From: Chiloscyllium plagiosum
Lineage: Eukaryota
NCBI RefSeq assembly: GCF_004010195.1
Contig: NC_057759.1
Span: 4,795,184-4,815,183 of the forward strand
Length of the DNA: 20,000 nt
Direction of reading: 5' to 3'
The position numbers were made by a program, and so were the translations under genes. This document shows positions 1 to 9,527 of the stretch, piece by piece. Each line of letters begins with the position of its first letter. Positions within the stretch are counted from its first letter, which is position 1. The notes under the pieces were generated by a model that saw only the letters and a program-made list of their open reading frames with translations, was not told where the DNA came from and ran no database searches.

Positions 1-658
1 AGCTGCCTAGTGCGACAATGTTTAACATAGCACTGAAACCGCATAACGGTGTAATAGAAAGGAAACTGACTGGGAAGTAAATACTACAAATCCTGTTTAA
101 TATCACGGCGGCAAAAATGACAAGAAGATCGGATACTGCCAACGACATCAGGTACCGAGTGACACATCTCGAGAGGGCTCATCTTCCTTGGATAGAACCA
201 CAATGGCCGCCGTATTAGCTGTAACATACACACACAGAGTGAAAAGGGTGAGCATACAGAAAAAGAGGGAAAGTGTACCCCCTTGCTTTGTTAGGGATTG
301 GTGTGATGGAGATGGGAGGTCAGGAGGACGACTGTTTGGGATAGCAAATAGAAATCTACCTATTCAAAAGACAATCAGATTTTATGTAGTTTTCTTAAGA
401 TCAATCTCCAATACACATTCGAATACCATCACTTTACTAGCCTATGCGGTTTCTTTGCTGACTCTATGCCTGTTGATTAATCCTTGACATGCCGATCTGA
501 ATTAGTGACATGAAACTTAATAAGAATGATGAATATGCCATATATTTGTCGAAATTAAACAAAAAATAAACGAGACTGAAACACCCTGCTCCTAGTCCAG
601 AAGGCAAACTTTTTCACTTACGAACATGTGGCAATGAACCCGTTCAAAAATGCATTCA

Positions 659-844
659 GAGATTTGTTTTAAAAAATCTGAAGATTTTGGAATGCAGGAG
701 GCTGGAAGAACACTGCAGGCTAGGCTGGAAGAACACTGCAGGCCAGGCAGCATCCGGCGGTGTAGAAGTCGGCGTTCGGTTGAAACCCTTCTTCAGAACC
801 ATTCCGAAGAAGGATTATACCCGAAACGTTAACTTCTCCCCCCG
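659..844. mobile_element. Short shark repeat (Penelope-related, hammerhead-like) inserted in the viral pol fossil, with a 12-bp target-site duplication
   Basis: TSD AAAATG(C/T)ATTCA at 647-658 and 845-856; 22-bp internal duplication 699-720/722-743; inverted pair of CTGAAGA..GAAAC-like cores (774-796 minus, 804-827 plus); same family as 6253-6417. Confidence 0.75.
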
Positions 845-960
845 AAAATGTATTCAAGCAGACAAAGACGAACGGGTCGTTAGCTTTATGTGAAATGTGG
901 CTGTTACGATTGTTACGTCTCCATGATTATTCCTGGAGCACAGTTGGGAAGTCACGTACT

Positions 961-1173
961 ACATAGAACATACAAAAATACAGCGCAGTAGAGGCCCTTT
1001 GGCCCCCATACCTGGAAAAAGATTCTCACTGTCGGCCCTATCTAAACCCCTAATCATCTTGTACACCTCTATCAAGTCACCCCTAAACCTTCTTTTCTCC
1101 AATGAAAACAACCCCAAGTGCCTCAGCCTTTCCTCATACGATCTCCCTACTATACCAGGCAACATCCTGGTAA
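961..1173 (-). mobile_element. CR1/HER1 LINE 3' end fragment inserted in the viral pol fossil
   Basis: Encodes FTRMLPG..SYEERLRHLGLFSLEKRRFRGDLIEVYKMIRGLD (CR1 ORF2 C-terminus) plus a CATAGAACATA-type 3' tail. Confidence 0.92.
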
Positions 1174-3849
1174 AACCAGGATGAACCTGCAGAGTTGAAC
1201 CACAGGATGGGGCAGAATTTGAGGTCTGAATCGTAGAGGATAATTTCCTCATCTACTGACGAGAAGCAGAAACACTGCCGCTAAGCAGGATAATGTCGCT
1301 TTTAGGATTATACTTTAAATTTCATGGAACAACATATGAATTCAATAATTTCAAATAGGGAGCTACTTTCAAAACATCCATTGACGCGTAATTAACAGTG
1401 CATCTTCACTTTCACGTTGATACCGAGTGACAAATTCCTCATTCTAAATGGGCAATAAACAATAAAACAATAAAAAAAATGCTGATATAAGCAATTGTGC
1501 AATTTGTGGAATGCAATGCGATTAGACAAGAGCAGATAATACCATTAATGTAAACAACTTAGTTATGTGAAGAAACCGTGTACAGAAGAGTTGACGTCAT
1601 GCTGGTAAAGGGCGAACATGTAACACTAAGAAGAAAAAATTTAAACTGGAAACCTGTACATTTAAAGCAGTAAAAACTGATACAGTAAAAGTAGGAAGTA
1701 TGTCAACTTAAAGACAAGTACGTGATTGCTTTTCTTTTAAAAGATAAGCTGTCGCTATAAAATGAAACGAAGATATGCAGCAGTGAGTCAGTAAAACTGT
1801 GATTACCTCAAACAGTGGCTAACTGCTTTGATTTACCTCGAACACCAATCGCTGCAAGGATAGGAGTAAATAGCAGACATAAGGCTCTTTGGTTATCCGT
1901 GCATTTCTTCAGAAATGTGAACTCTGCAGTTCATGGAAATATATACTTAATGTCAATTTTTTTTAACATGAATGATTCTAATTGAATCAAACATATTTAT
2001 AAAGTTGCTGACAATTTAATTTTATTATTTTGAAAAGTTATATTTGACTTTTAAAAAGTCGCACATACATTCACGATGGAGGCCCATAGACCATTCCATG
2101 ACATCAGATATGCTTCATTATTATTTATAAAAAAAAATAAGAAGTAGCCCCATTGGTTCAACGAGCATTTGTTCAATAGAAAATTATTGACATAAGGGCC
2201 TTCCTGCCGAGTTAGGTGGTTTGAGCATAATCCATTACTGATCAATGAAAGGCGGTCTGTGTTGACATCCCGAAACACTGCATGTGCACTCATTCAAGGA
2301 TGTCCATGAACAGAGCTCCATTCCCGCTATGTGACGTGAAATTTCGATGAAGACACACAGAAGTGGCACTACACAGCTGCCAAGAAGTTATTATGTCACT
2401 GAGCAATTAATGCAAAACCTTGACTTGATGATACTGTACTGGTATGTGGCTAAATGCCATCATGAAAAGTAGTGAAATTTGAATTCAATAAAAATCCAAA
2501 GTCGAAAGCCAGCAGAATGTTGTATTTTTAAACTAAATATGATTCTCTCATGTATTTCCGGGATTTCTTTTTGTTGTTCTTGCCATTGATTTTTACATGC
2601 AAGAAGGTACAATCGAGTTTTGCAATCGTAACTCCACTGCTTTGTCGACCATCTAGATGAAATGTTGATTCATGACCTATACTTCTTCTTCACTTCCAAG
2701 GAAAAGTCCGTTTGGTACAATGTTGATACTGATCCTCAATAAGCAGGATAAAATCAGAATATCCAATCAACAACATGGATTTTGTCTTCTTTGTCTGCAA
2801 ACTCATTGTCACGGTTTCCAGCATTATAACAACGATATAATTTCAAAACTGACTCATTAATAGCAAAGATGCATGTAGCACCTCTCGCTGTGAAAAGTGC
2901 AATGTCCTCGCGGCAACTTCTCATTCTTTCTTCCTCGATTATCATTGCCTATAAAGTAATAGTGTCACACCAGTTTATCAGCGAATGGTACATCCTTCCC
3001 TGCCACAGTCTCCAATAATATTCAAATCATTTATTCCACAAATGCTGATCTAATAACTACACTATTCTTTCAAACAAATGTTGGAAAGCAAATACTTGCA
3101 TAACATTGCACTGCGTTAATTTCTTGTACTTCAGACAAAACAATTTGTTGAATTCGCAGAAAAGAATATTGGGCGTTGAGTTTAATTGCTTTCAAGGAAA
3201 CACCTTTTGGGAGACAACAAGAAAATCCGGAATCTGCTTGCTACCGTCAGTACGTTTTGGCCCTGACAGTAAGAGCGAATTCAGATTATTAAACAATTTG
3301 TTTTCTTGGTTCACTTATTGTTTGTTGTTTTCCTTCCCCATTGTTTCGTGAAATTATAGGTTCTCAGTTTAATTACTGATCAAGACGTCACAGGACACTG
3401 TTGTAAATTGTTGTTCAGAAATACTCAGTTGGAATAGAAACCTGTTCAGAAAAAGACATGAGCCATTTCACTCACTCATGTCATGGATCAGGCCAGAACA
3501 TGTCAAAACATTTCAAGAAGGCAGCTTAGGCCCTAACTTTGCTCGTCGTTTTAAGCAGGTGTAGAGTAGATGTTCGAGGAGTGATGCAGCTGGCCAAACC
3601 ACAGAGTAAGTGAATCAGAATTTATTTGCACATTTACCGAAAGACACAGACTAACTAAATTATTTAAAAACTCAACAGACCACCAATTTATTGATGTTGT
3701 TCCAAATTCCTGCAACAATCCCCATAAGCACCCCTTGGCAAGAAAGGTTAAACCAAACACAGGGTATTACAGGAGAGTGAGATGTCAGAGCGGTTCAGCA
3801 TGGAACACCTTCTTCCGTGTAGCAGTTTCTTTTGGATTCAAAGCTAACA

Positions 3850-4780
3850 AGTGACCAACAGTTCTGAACACTCAGATTGCTAAAGAAAAATCAAAGCAAT
3901 CCAAACCAGGGAAAAGCTGAGCTTGGAGAACTGACGACTCAACATTCATTGTTTGTTTTAAAACTGAAAGGCTTCTTCAACTAGATATCACCGGGCATTT
4001 CAGAATCTATGCGTTTACGATCCCTCTAAAAAAAAGACAACGTAAAATTGTTAACATAGCAGCATGGCCACACTGAGAACATAGAGCATTGAACTTGACC
4101 GATAAAAGAGTAATTGCTCCAATTAGTCATCAAAGCAGAGTAACTTTAGTTTTGAAAACAAAAACAGCTTCCCAGAAAAAGACCACGTTCGAAACATTTC
4201 ATAAAATGAAGTGTAGGAAGAAAGGTACAAAAGTGTAAAATAATGGATTATGGCTGATGCCTGTTCCCATTAAAGAATTCCTCTATGTTACACAAAATGT
4301 TATGTATGCTCCCGGTTTGATAGGATGGTCCACATGATTGAATATTATCACACAGTTTCCAGGGGAAATAAAAGTTCAACTGGCACGAGGAAATGGACAT
4401 GACGCATCAAGATAGAGGAAAAGGTGTGAAGTCCGCATGAAAAACAAATAACGATCAGTTGTTATTTTATTTGACATGAAGAGGTGGCCTGTTGTCATTT
4501 TACTGAACTCGTTATAAAGTATTCCCGGCTACAAATGTAAAGGCAAACGTTTAAAACGTTACATAGTAGCCATGGGGGCTTACATTCAAGTAAAAAGATT
4601 TGTTGTTCCCCTCTGAAACACGAAAAAAAGCTATCACCAATTACTATGAACCACAATTCTGGCTCATGAATGTTCTATCATCAAGGCCAGCTGCCATCCT
4701 TACACCTTCTGTTTTCAGCATCAGTACGACTGGATGAGAAAGTCTAACGTTGCAGCGCACTGAGTGTGGAGCCTGAAACA
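3850..4780 (-). pseudogene. Fossil adenovirus-type preterminal protein (pTP), C-terminal ~300 codons
   Basis: M*RFKRLPL (~4564-4538; MIERFVDRLPV), LNFY (4379-4368; VDFY), YITFCVT* (4306; WVMYFFVAE), PGDI* (3995-3981; priming-site SGDVQ, one substitution each for S and Q), VLKQ..NVESSVL (~3964-3929; ILRQ..EIDSVEL). The DFY-W and W-SGD spacings (~22 and ~104 codons) match the recalled adenovirus protein. It lies immediately upstream of pol, as in adenoviruses. Confidence 0.6.
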
Positions 4781-4794
4781 TTCATATGGCCTAG

Positions 4795-5570
4795 AAACAT
4801 GAATTCACGGCGGGCAGGGCCTGCACACGCAGCTGCAGCTACTGCCATGGAGAAACCCGAGGAATGCCACCACGTGGACTAACCGTGGAAGTGGGGCAAC
4901 GTGCGTGCCACGTTTGCCTTGGAGACTTATGGGTGCAATCACACTGGGGAGAGACTGTTCTCCTGCACCGAGTGTGGGAAGAGCTTTCCCAAGCCTCCCA
5001 CCCGGTTTCCCACTGGCAGGTCCACACCAAGGACTGGCGGTCCACGTGCCCCGTGTGCAGGAAGGGTTTTACCCAAGCCTCCTGCCTGCTGTCCCACCAG
5101 CAGGTCCACACTGGGATTGGCGGTCAACCTGTCCCATGTGCAGGAAGGGCTTTACCCAATCTTCCCACTGGCGGGTCCACACTTGTGACTGGCCGTTCAC
5201 CCACTCTATTTGCGGCAATAGTCTGAACCACTCCTCCCACCTGATGGCCCACTAGTGGGTCCACAAGGGAAATCCATTTCTCCTGCTCCAGATGCAGGAA
5301 CGGCTTCACTCAGGCCTTACACCTCCAGATGCGCTGGTGTGTGCAGAAGGGGGAGAGTCTGTTCTTGTGCCCCAAGCGCGGGACGGGCTTCACTCTCTCT
5401 TTCCACTTGCTGATCCACCGGTGACTCCACATTGGGGAGAGGTCCTTCAGCTATCCCGAGTATGGGGAGGGTTGACCCACTCCTATCACCTGATGATTCA
5501 TTGGCGGGTCCATGTTGGTAAGAGGTTGTTCACCTGCCTCGAGTACGGGCACATGTTAACGTTGCCCTGC
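4795..5570 (+). pseudogene. C2H2 (Kruppel-type) zinc-finger array pseudogene
   Basis: HTGERLFSCTECGKSF, CPVCRKGFTQASCLLSHQQVHTG, CPMCRKGFTQSSHWRVHT and HLMIHWRVHVGKRLFTCLEYG are spread over all three frames, with stops and lost Cys/His residues. Confidence 0.9.
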
Positions 5571-5742
5571 AACGTCCGGAGGCACCCACAGCGGCAACCA
5601 GTGATCCCAACAATCAGACTCCACCGGTGTCGCTGCTGTGGGTCTCTCCCAGGATTGAAACTTCTGCCCATTCTGACAGTGGGTGCAGTCAGAGAGTTGA
5701 TGGGCATCTTGTTTTGTTTTCTGTAGGAAGCCACGGTGCTCA

Positions 5743-6105
5743 GGGGTGGCACAGTGACTCAGCGGCTGGCACTGCTGTCTCACAGCTTCAGGGACACAGC
5801 TCGATTCCACCTTTGGACTGAATGTCTGTGTGGAGTTTGCATGTTCTCCCTCTATTGTTTGCGTGGCTTTCCTTTGAGTGCACTGGTTTCCTCCCACAGT
5901 CCAAAGATGTTTAGGTTAGGGTGAACTGGCGAAGCTAAATTGCCCGCATTGTTCAGGGATGTGCATGTGTGATGCATCATTTATGGATAAAGGTAGGCTA
6001 ATAGGGTAGGAGAACGTGTCTGGGTGGGTTAATGTTCGGAGGGGCAGTGTGGACTTGTTGGGCCGAAGGGCCTGTTTGCACATTGTCTGGATTCTATTGT
6101 TCTAT
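5743..6105 (+). mobile_element. HE1-like tRNA-derived V-SINE (elasmobranch)
   Basis: tRNA-like head (GGGGTGGCACAGTGACTCAGCGG..TCGATTCC), V-domain core (TGTGGAGTTTGCATGTTCTCCC..GGTTTCCTCCCACAGTCCAAAGATGT) and CR1-type tail (GGGCCGAAGGGCCTGTTT..TTCTAT). Confidence 0.88.
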
Positions 6106-6252
6106 GCACTTTGCTTTCAGTTGGCGCTGCTGCTCGTTGCCCCCAGGCTGCACGTCCCCACTGAAACGATCTGCAGAAACTTGAGACCACAAGACCAGCA
6201 GAGCAGAAGTTAGGACATTCGGCCAATCGAGTGTGCTCTGCCAGTCGTTGGA

Positions 6253-6417
6253 GACAAAAAGAAAGCTGCAGATGTTGGAATCCAAAGTAGGCAGGTAGGA
6301 GGCTGGGAGAACACAGCAAGCCAGGCAGCACCAGCTGGTGGAGAAGTCAGAGTTTCCTGTATTGACCCTTTTTCAGGACTGAAGAAGTGTTCCACTCGAA
6401 ACGTTGACTTCTCTATC
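6253..6417. mobile_element. Short shark repeat with inverted hammerhead-like cores (same family as 659-844)
   Basis: GCTGCAGATGTTGGAATC..GGAGGCTGGGAGAACACAGCAAGCCAGGCAGCA; CTGAAGA-AGTGTTCCACTC-GAAAC at 6379-6402 and a degraded inverted copy at 6352-6376. Confidence 0.7.
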
Positions 6418-6423
6418 AACGAA

Positions 6424-6879
6424 GATTTTCCACGATGTTGCTGGGGATTGGAGGGTTTGAGCTAAAGGGAGATGTTGAATATGTTGGAGCTTTTTTTTCA
6501 CTGGAGCGTATGAAGCTGAAGGTTGACCTTATGGAGGTTTATAAAATCATGAGGGGCATGGATAGGGCAAATAGACAATGGTAGGGGATTTCCAGAACTA
6601 GAGAGCATAGGCGTCTGGTGAGAGGGATGAGATGTAAAAGGGATTTAGGGCGCAACATTTTCACGCAAATAATGGTGCGTGTATGGAATGAACTGCCAGA
6701 GGAAGTGGTGTATGCTGGTATAATTATAATGTTTGAAAAGCATATGAATAGGAAGAGTTGGGAGGTATGTGGTCTAATTGCTGGCAAACAGAACTAGATT
6801 AGGTTAGGGTATCTGGTTGGGATGGGTGAGTTGGACCAAAAGGCTTGTTTCTTGCTAAACATCTCCCTGACTCTATGAC
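6424..6879 (+). mobile_element. CR1/HER1 LINE 3' fragment
   Basis: Degraded RT C-terminus (DLMEVYKIMRGMDR; VRVWNELPEEVV), 3'UTR and GACTCTATGAC tail. Confidence 0.9.
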
Positions 6880-7002
6880 CATACCACCATAGCTGATAAT
6901 TTCTCCTTGTAACATTGAATCCACAATCAAGAACCTATCCGCCTCGATTTCAATGTACTCAATGTGTTTTGCCTTGTCCAGGGTGGCAGCTGATTATTTG
7001 TT

Positions 7003-7110
7003 GGGCTTTTGCCCAAAATGTTGATTTTCATGCACCTTAGATGCTGCCTGACCAGTTGTGTTTTTCCAGCAGCACTCTAATCTCCAACATCTGCAGTACC
7101 CACCTCCACC
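7003..7110 (+). mobile_element. Truncated copy of the hammerhead-bearing short repeat
   Basis: GGGCTTTTGCCCAAAATG..GATGCTGCCTGACCAGTTGTGTTTTTCCAGC..CCAACATCTGCAG aligns with 18737-18855. Confidence 0.7.
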
Positions 7111-8345
7111 TTGTTGAGTTAGTCAGTCGAGAGAGGATTGTTTTTAAGCAGCCAACCACAGAGACTGTTAATTCGCTTTTTAAACAAAGAGAGGAAAATT
7201 GCTGCTAACCGGCTGCTGATTTTGGAAGCTTTGGCAATCGCTGTTTCACTCTAGTATTTTTTTCTATCCAGTTAAATAATTATTGTCTCTTTCTGGGAAT
7301 GAGTCCCAAGTTGTAAGAAATAGGTGAATACTTCGTGGCGTCCGTTCGCATTCAGCAATGACTTCGGAGTTTGATGTAGAGTTATGTGCCTATAAATAAT
7401 TCATCGTCCAAAAATTGCCAAAAGGGTTGGCAAACCATTGTTGGAAACTGTTTCATTGCATGGGTATTTTTTTAATTTTCTCTTTTAATTTGCGCCTTAA
7501 GTCTCTGTCTATGAGACAGTGGGGGACATGATCAATATGCTGAACCCGTTGCTAGTAATTCAGTTAACTTGTTTAACCTTGCCCTAGTAAATTTGCAGTA
7601 TTTACAATTGTTAATTTTTGTTCAAATTACAATTTTTGTGTGCAATATCTGTTCTTCATCATGTCTGGTTCGGAATAGTTGAGACATTTTGAGGGATATT
7701 GCATGTTTTAATTTCACTGTGTTGTGAATCCGGTTACAGTGACACTCGTTCGTGTTGGCTTGCTTCCCCTTGATTATAATGCCTTTCACCCCGACCACTC
7801 ACTATGGTAGTGAGTTCCATACACTCACCACAGCTGATGTTTCTCATTAAATTCTCAGTATAGATTTGGAGGGTAAAATGTTGACCAGGTCAGAATATAA
7901 GGTGCTAACTGCAAAAAAGCCAGGAAGACGTGCGACAAAGCAAAACATTGATGATGTGAGACAAATAAGGAACTTCGATAACAATGAGGAGGTCACAAGT
8001 CAGTGTACATGATATTAAAAAAGTACTCTGTAGACATTGAATGCTGTAATTAGACTAGTGTCTAGATGTTGTAGTTGGTTGAATATAATCAGGTAAGACA
8101 AATGAAATATCCAAATCCATTAATTGGAATTGCATGTTGGTAACCTTAAAACACGTGTATAATATTGATTGGTATATGTAAACTGTTATTCAATTTACAC
8201 AACCGGCTATAAAACTGATATATTTTATTATTTGGGGAGTTTGTTGCCATCTTGTGGAAATGACTCTGCAAGCTTGAATAAAAACAGTGTGAGAAGAAAG
8301 CGCACACGTGTCATCCGGTCAGTTACAGATTCCAGGCAGTTCTCG

Positions 8346-8633
8346 AATCCCTATAGTGTGCAAGCAGGCCATTTAGCCCATCGAGTTGACACTGACTGAC
8401 CGCCCACCCCGGTATTCCATTCCTGTAACTCTACATTACTGACAGCCAATCCATCCTAACCCGCACATTTTTGGAGTATGAGAAAAAGCCAGAGCCCCCC
8501 CCCCCCCGCCGGAGAAAACCCACGCAGACACGGGGGAGCAAACTGCACAAACACCACCCTGACAGTCGCCTGAGGCTGAAACCGAACCAGCGTCGCTGAT
8601 GCTGGGAGATAGCAGTGCTAACCACAGTGCTGC
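8346..8633 (-). mobile_element. HE1-like V-SINE
   Basis: Reverse complement of the tRNA head (GCAGTGCTAACCAC), V-domain (GGAGAAAACCCACGCAGACACGGGG) and CR1-type tail (CAGGCCATTTAGCCCATCGAGT). Confidence 0.85.
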
Positions 8634-9527
8634 TCGCTGAAGAACTGAGTTTCAAAGTCTTGGGAACTCCTGTGAAAAAAAAAACTCTCCTACCTTGAAT
8701 GAGAGGACACCTATTTGTTAACTGTGTCCATTGATTTCTAGGCTCTGGCACAAAGGGATTCACACATTCACATTAAGTCCTCTCGGGATGTTGTACACCT
8801 CTATCAGATCATTTGATTCTTCTAAGCTCTAACCGATGCAAAGCCAATTCGGCATCTCCTTGCCCCCAATTGTAAATTGAGCAGATCAGGTCTGAACCAC
8901 TTTGGATGTATTTGCATCCTTTCTTCAGTGAAGAGACCAAGTCTGGTGGTCTCCCCGAAACCACTGACAAATGGAGAAAAACATCCTGACTTTATGTTCC
9001 ACTCCCTTACCACAAACGACAGTATTTTATTTTCTGCCTTAATCCGTTGTGGGTGCCTTTTGTGCTAACTTTATCATGTGCCCGAATCCTTCTGTACTTC
9101 TGAGATTTTGCAGCCTCTCTCCGTGCTGCTTTTCCATTGCTTCTGCTAAGTTGGACATTAAACCCCTAACTAGCATGTTCCCAACCTGCTTGACCTGTCA
9201 ATAACTCTTCATGTATTCATTTTGCCCTGTTTGTACTTCGGTTTCCTACCTAGTTTTGGGCCATCACTAAATTAAAAACCTTTGCACATGCTTCCTTCAT
9301 CAAAACTGTGAACAGTCATTGGAAAAAACCTGAAGCCCTTGCATTGTATTCCATTCATCACCTCTTGACAACCCGAAACGTTTTGACGACTTTCTTTCCT
9401 GTTCATTCAACAATGTTCAATCCACACTGTTAAATGACCTGAACAAGATGAGCTCTTATTTGAAATGATGACTATCAATGTGGCACCATGCCGAAAGACT
9501 TCTGGAATGGAAGGGGTTCCTCTGTTC

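Larger units (their letters stand above)
110..3900 (-). pseudogene. Fossil adenovirus-type protein-primed family B DNA polymerase (many stops and frameshifts; ends approximate)
   Basis: Minus-strand remnants versus recalled Ad pol: KVFHAEPL*HLTLL (3811; KYHLDLARALTRL), CxxC (3510-3498), TENL..ET..KQ*V (3368-3312; TERL..ET..KQLV, Exo I), FQHLFERIV*LLDQHLW (3086-3036; FRTFRDHLQMLMARDLW), GH..EVLHAS (2907; Exo II GHN..EIVLAA), FADKEDKIHVVDWIF (2801-2757; FMPRAGKILFNDVTF), TDFSL (2711), YSIIK..C..D (2438-2395; Exo III YDIIK..CALD), HAVFR (2284; HAIFR), YLMSWNGLWAS with DNA gatgtcatggaatggtctatgggcctcc (2110-2078; motif A YVYDICGMYAS), *PLFEVIT..LH (1821-1775), VHGFF (1583; LYGSF), YPA*RQCF (1292; YPSHLASF), ILYDSD (1241), HGD (925; YGD), EKVC (615), RQIYGI (551; PKLYAL), AHPF (253). 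Length without the two inserts is ~1100 codons. Confidence 0.75.
1..4790 (-). mobile_element. Degraded endogenous adenovirus-like viral element (E2B region: pTP C-terminal part followed by DNA polymerase), probably continuing beyond the left edge
   Basis: Non-repetitive AT-rich block with no intron-sized gaps between motifs. Its minus strand carries more than 20 colinear peptide remnants matching adenovirus pTP and then pol, in adenoviral order and approximate spacing. It is interrupted by host repeats at 659-844 and 961-1173. Alignments are by eye against recalled human adenovirus sequences. Confidence 0.72.

Noticed and set aside
70..480. Plus-strand resemblance to adenain protease or 100K (LCSFLKINLQY, LQYTF, MAAVL)
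   Set aside because: The same peptide matched two unrelated proteins, the catalytic His motif is absent, and the region is better explained as antisense to the pol C-terminus.
1176..2053. Protein-like plus-strand frame
   Set aside because: About 17 stops in ~290 codons is close to random expectation for this base composition.
2051..3479. Initial reading of this minus frame as the pTP N-terminal half (PDFLV..Q, YH..DIAL..RG, LYRCYN)
   Set aside because: The same frame fits the polymerase exonuclease and palm motifs with more matches and tighter spacing, and pTP motifs were then found upstream. This shows that by-eye matches can be spurious.
3458..3720. Plus-strand pVIII-like peptide (GSGQNMSKHF..SLGPNFARRF)
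   Set aside because: It needs a frameshift, is far too short, and lies antisense to the pol N-terminus, which contradicts adenoviral gene order.
3585..4413. Stop-poor plus-strand frame (5 stops in ~276 codons)
   Set aside because: No recognisable product; it may be a shadow of the minus-strand pTP/pol coding. Unresolved and not called.
5292..5726. 144-aa ORF as a functional gene
   Set aside because: Mostly an off-frame reading of the zinc-finger pseudogene, with only one partial finger in frame.
7130..7400. Possible decayed histone-type promoter (GCCAACCACAG, GCTGATTTTGG)
   Set aside because: Only degenerate CCAAT-like words, with no adjacent histone coding remnant.
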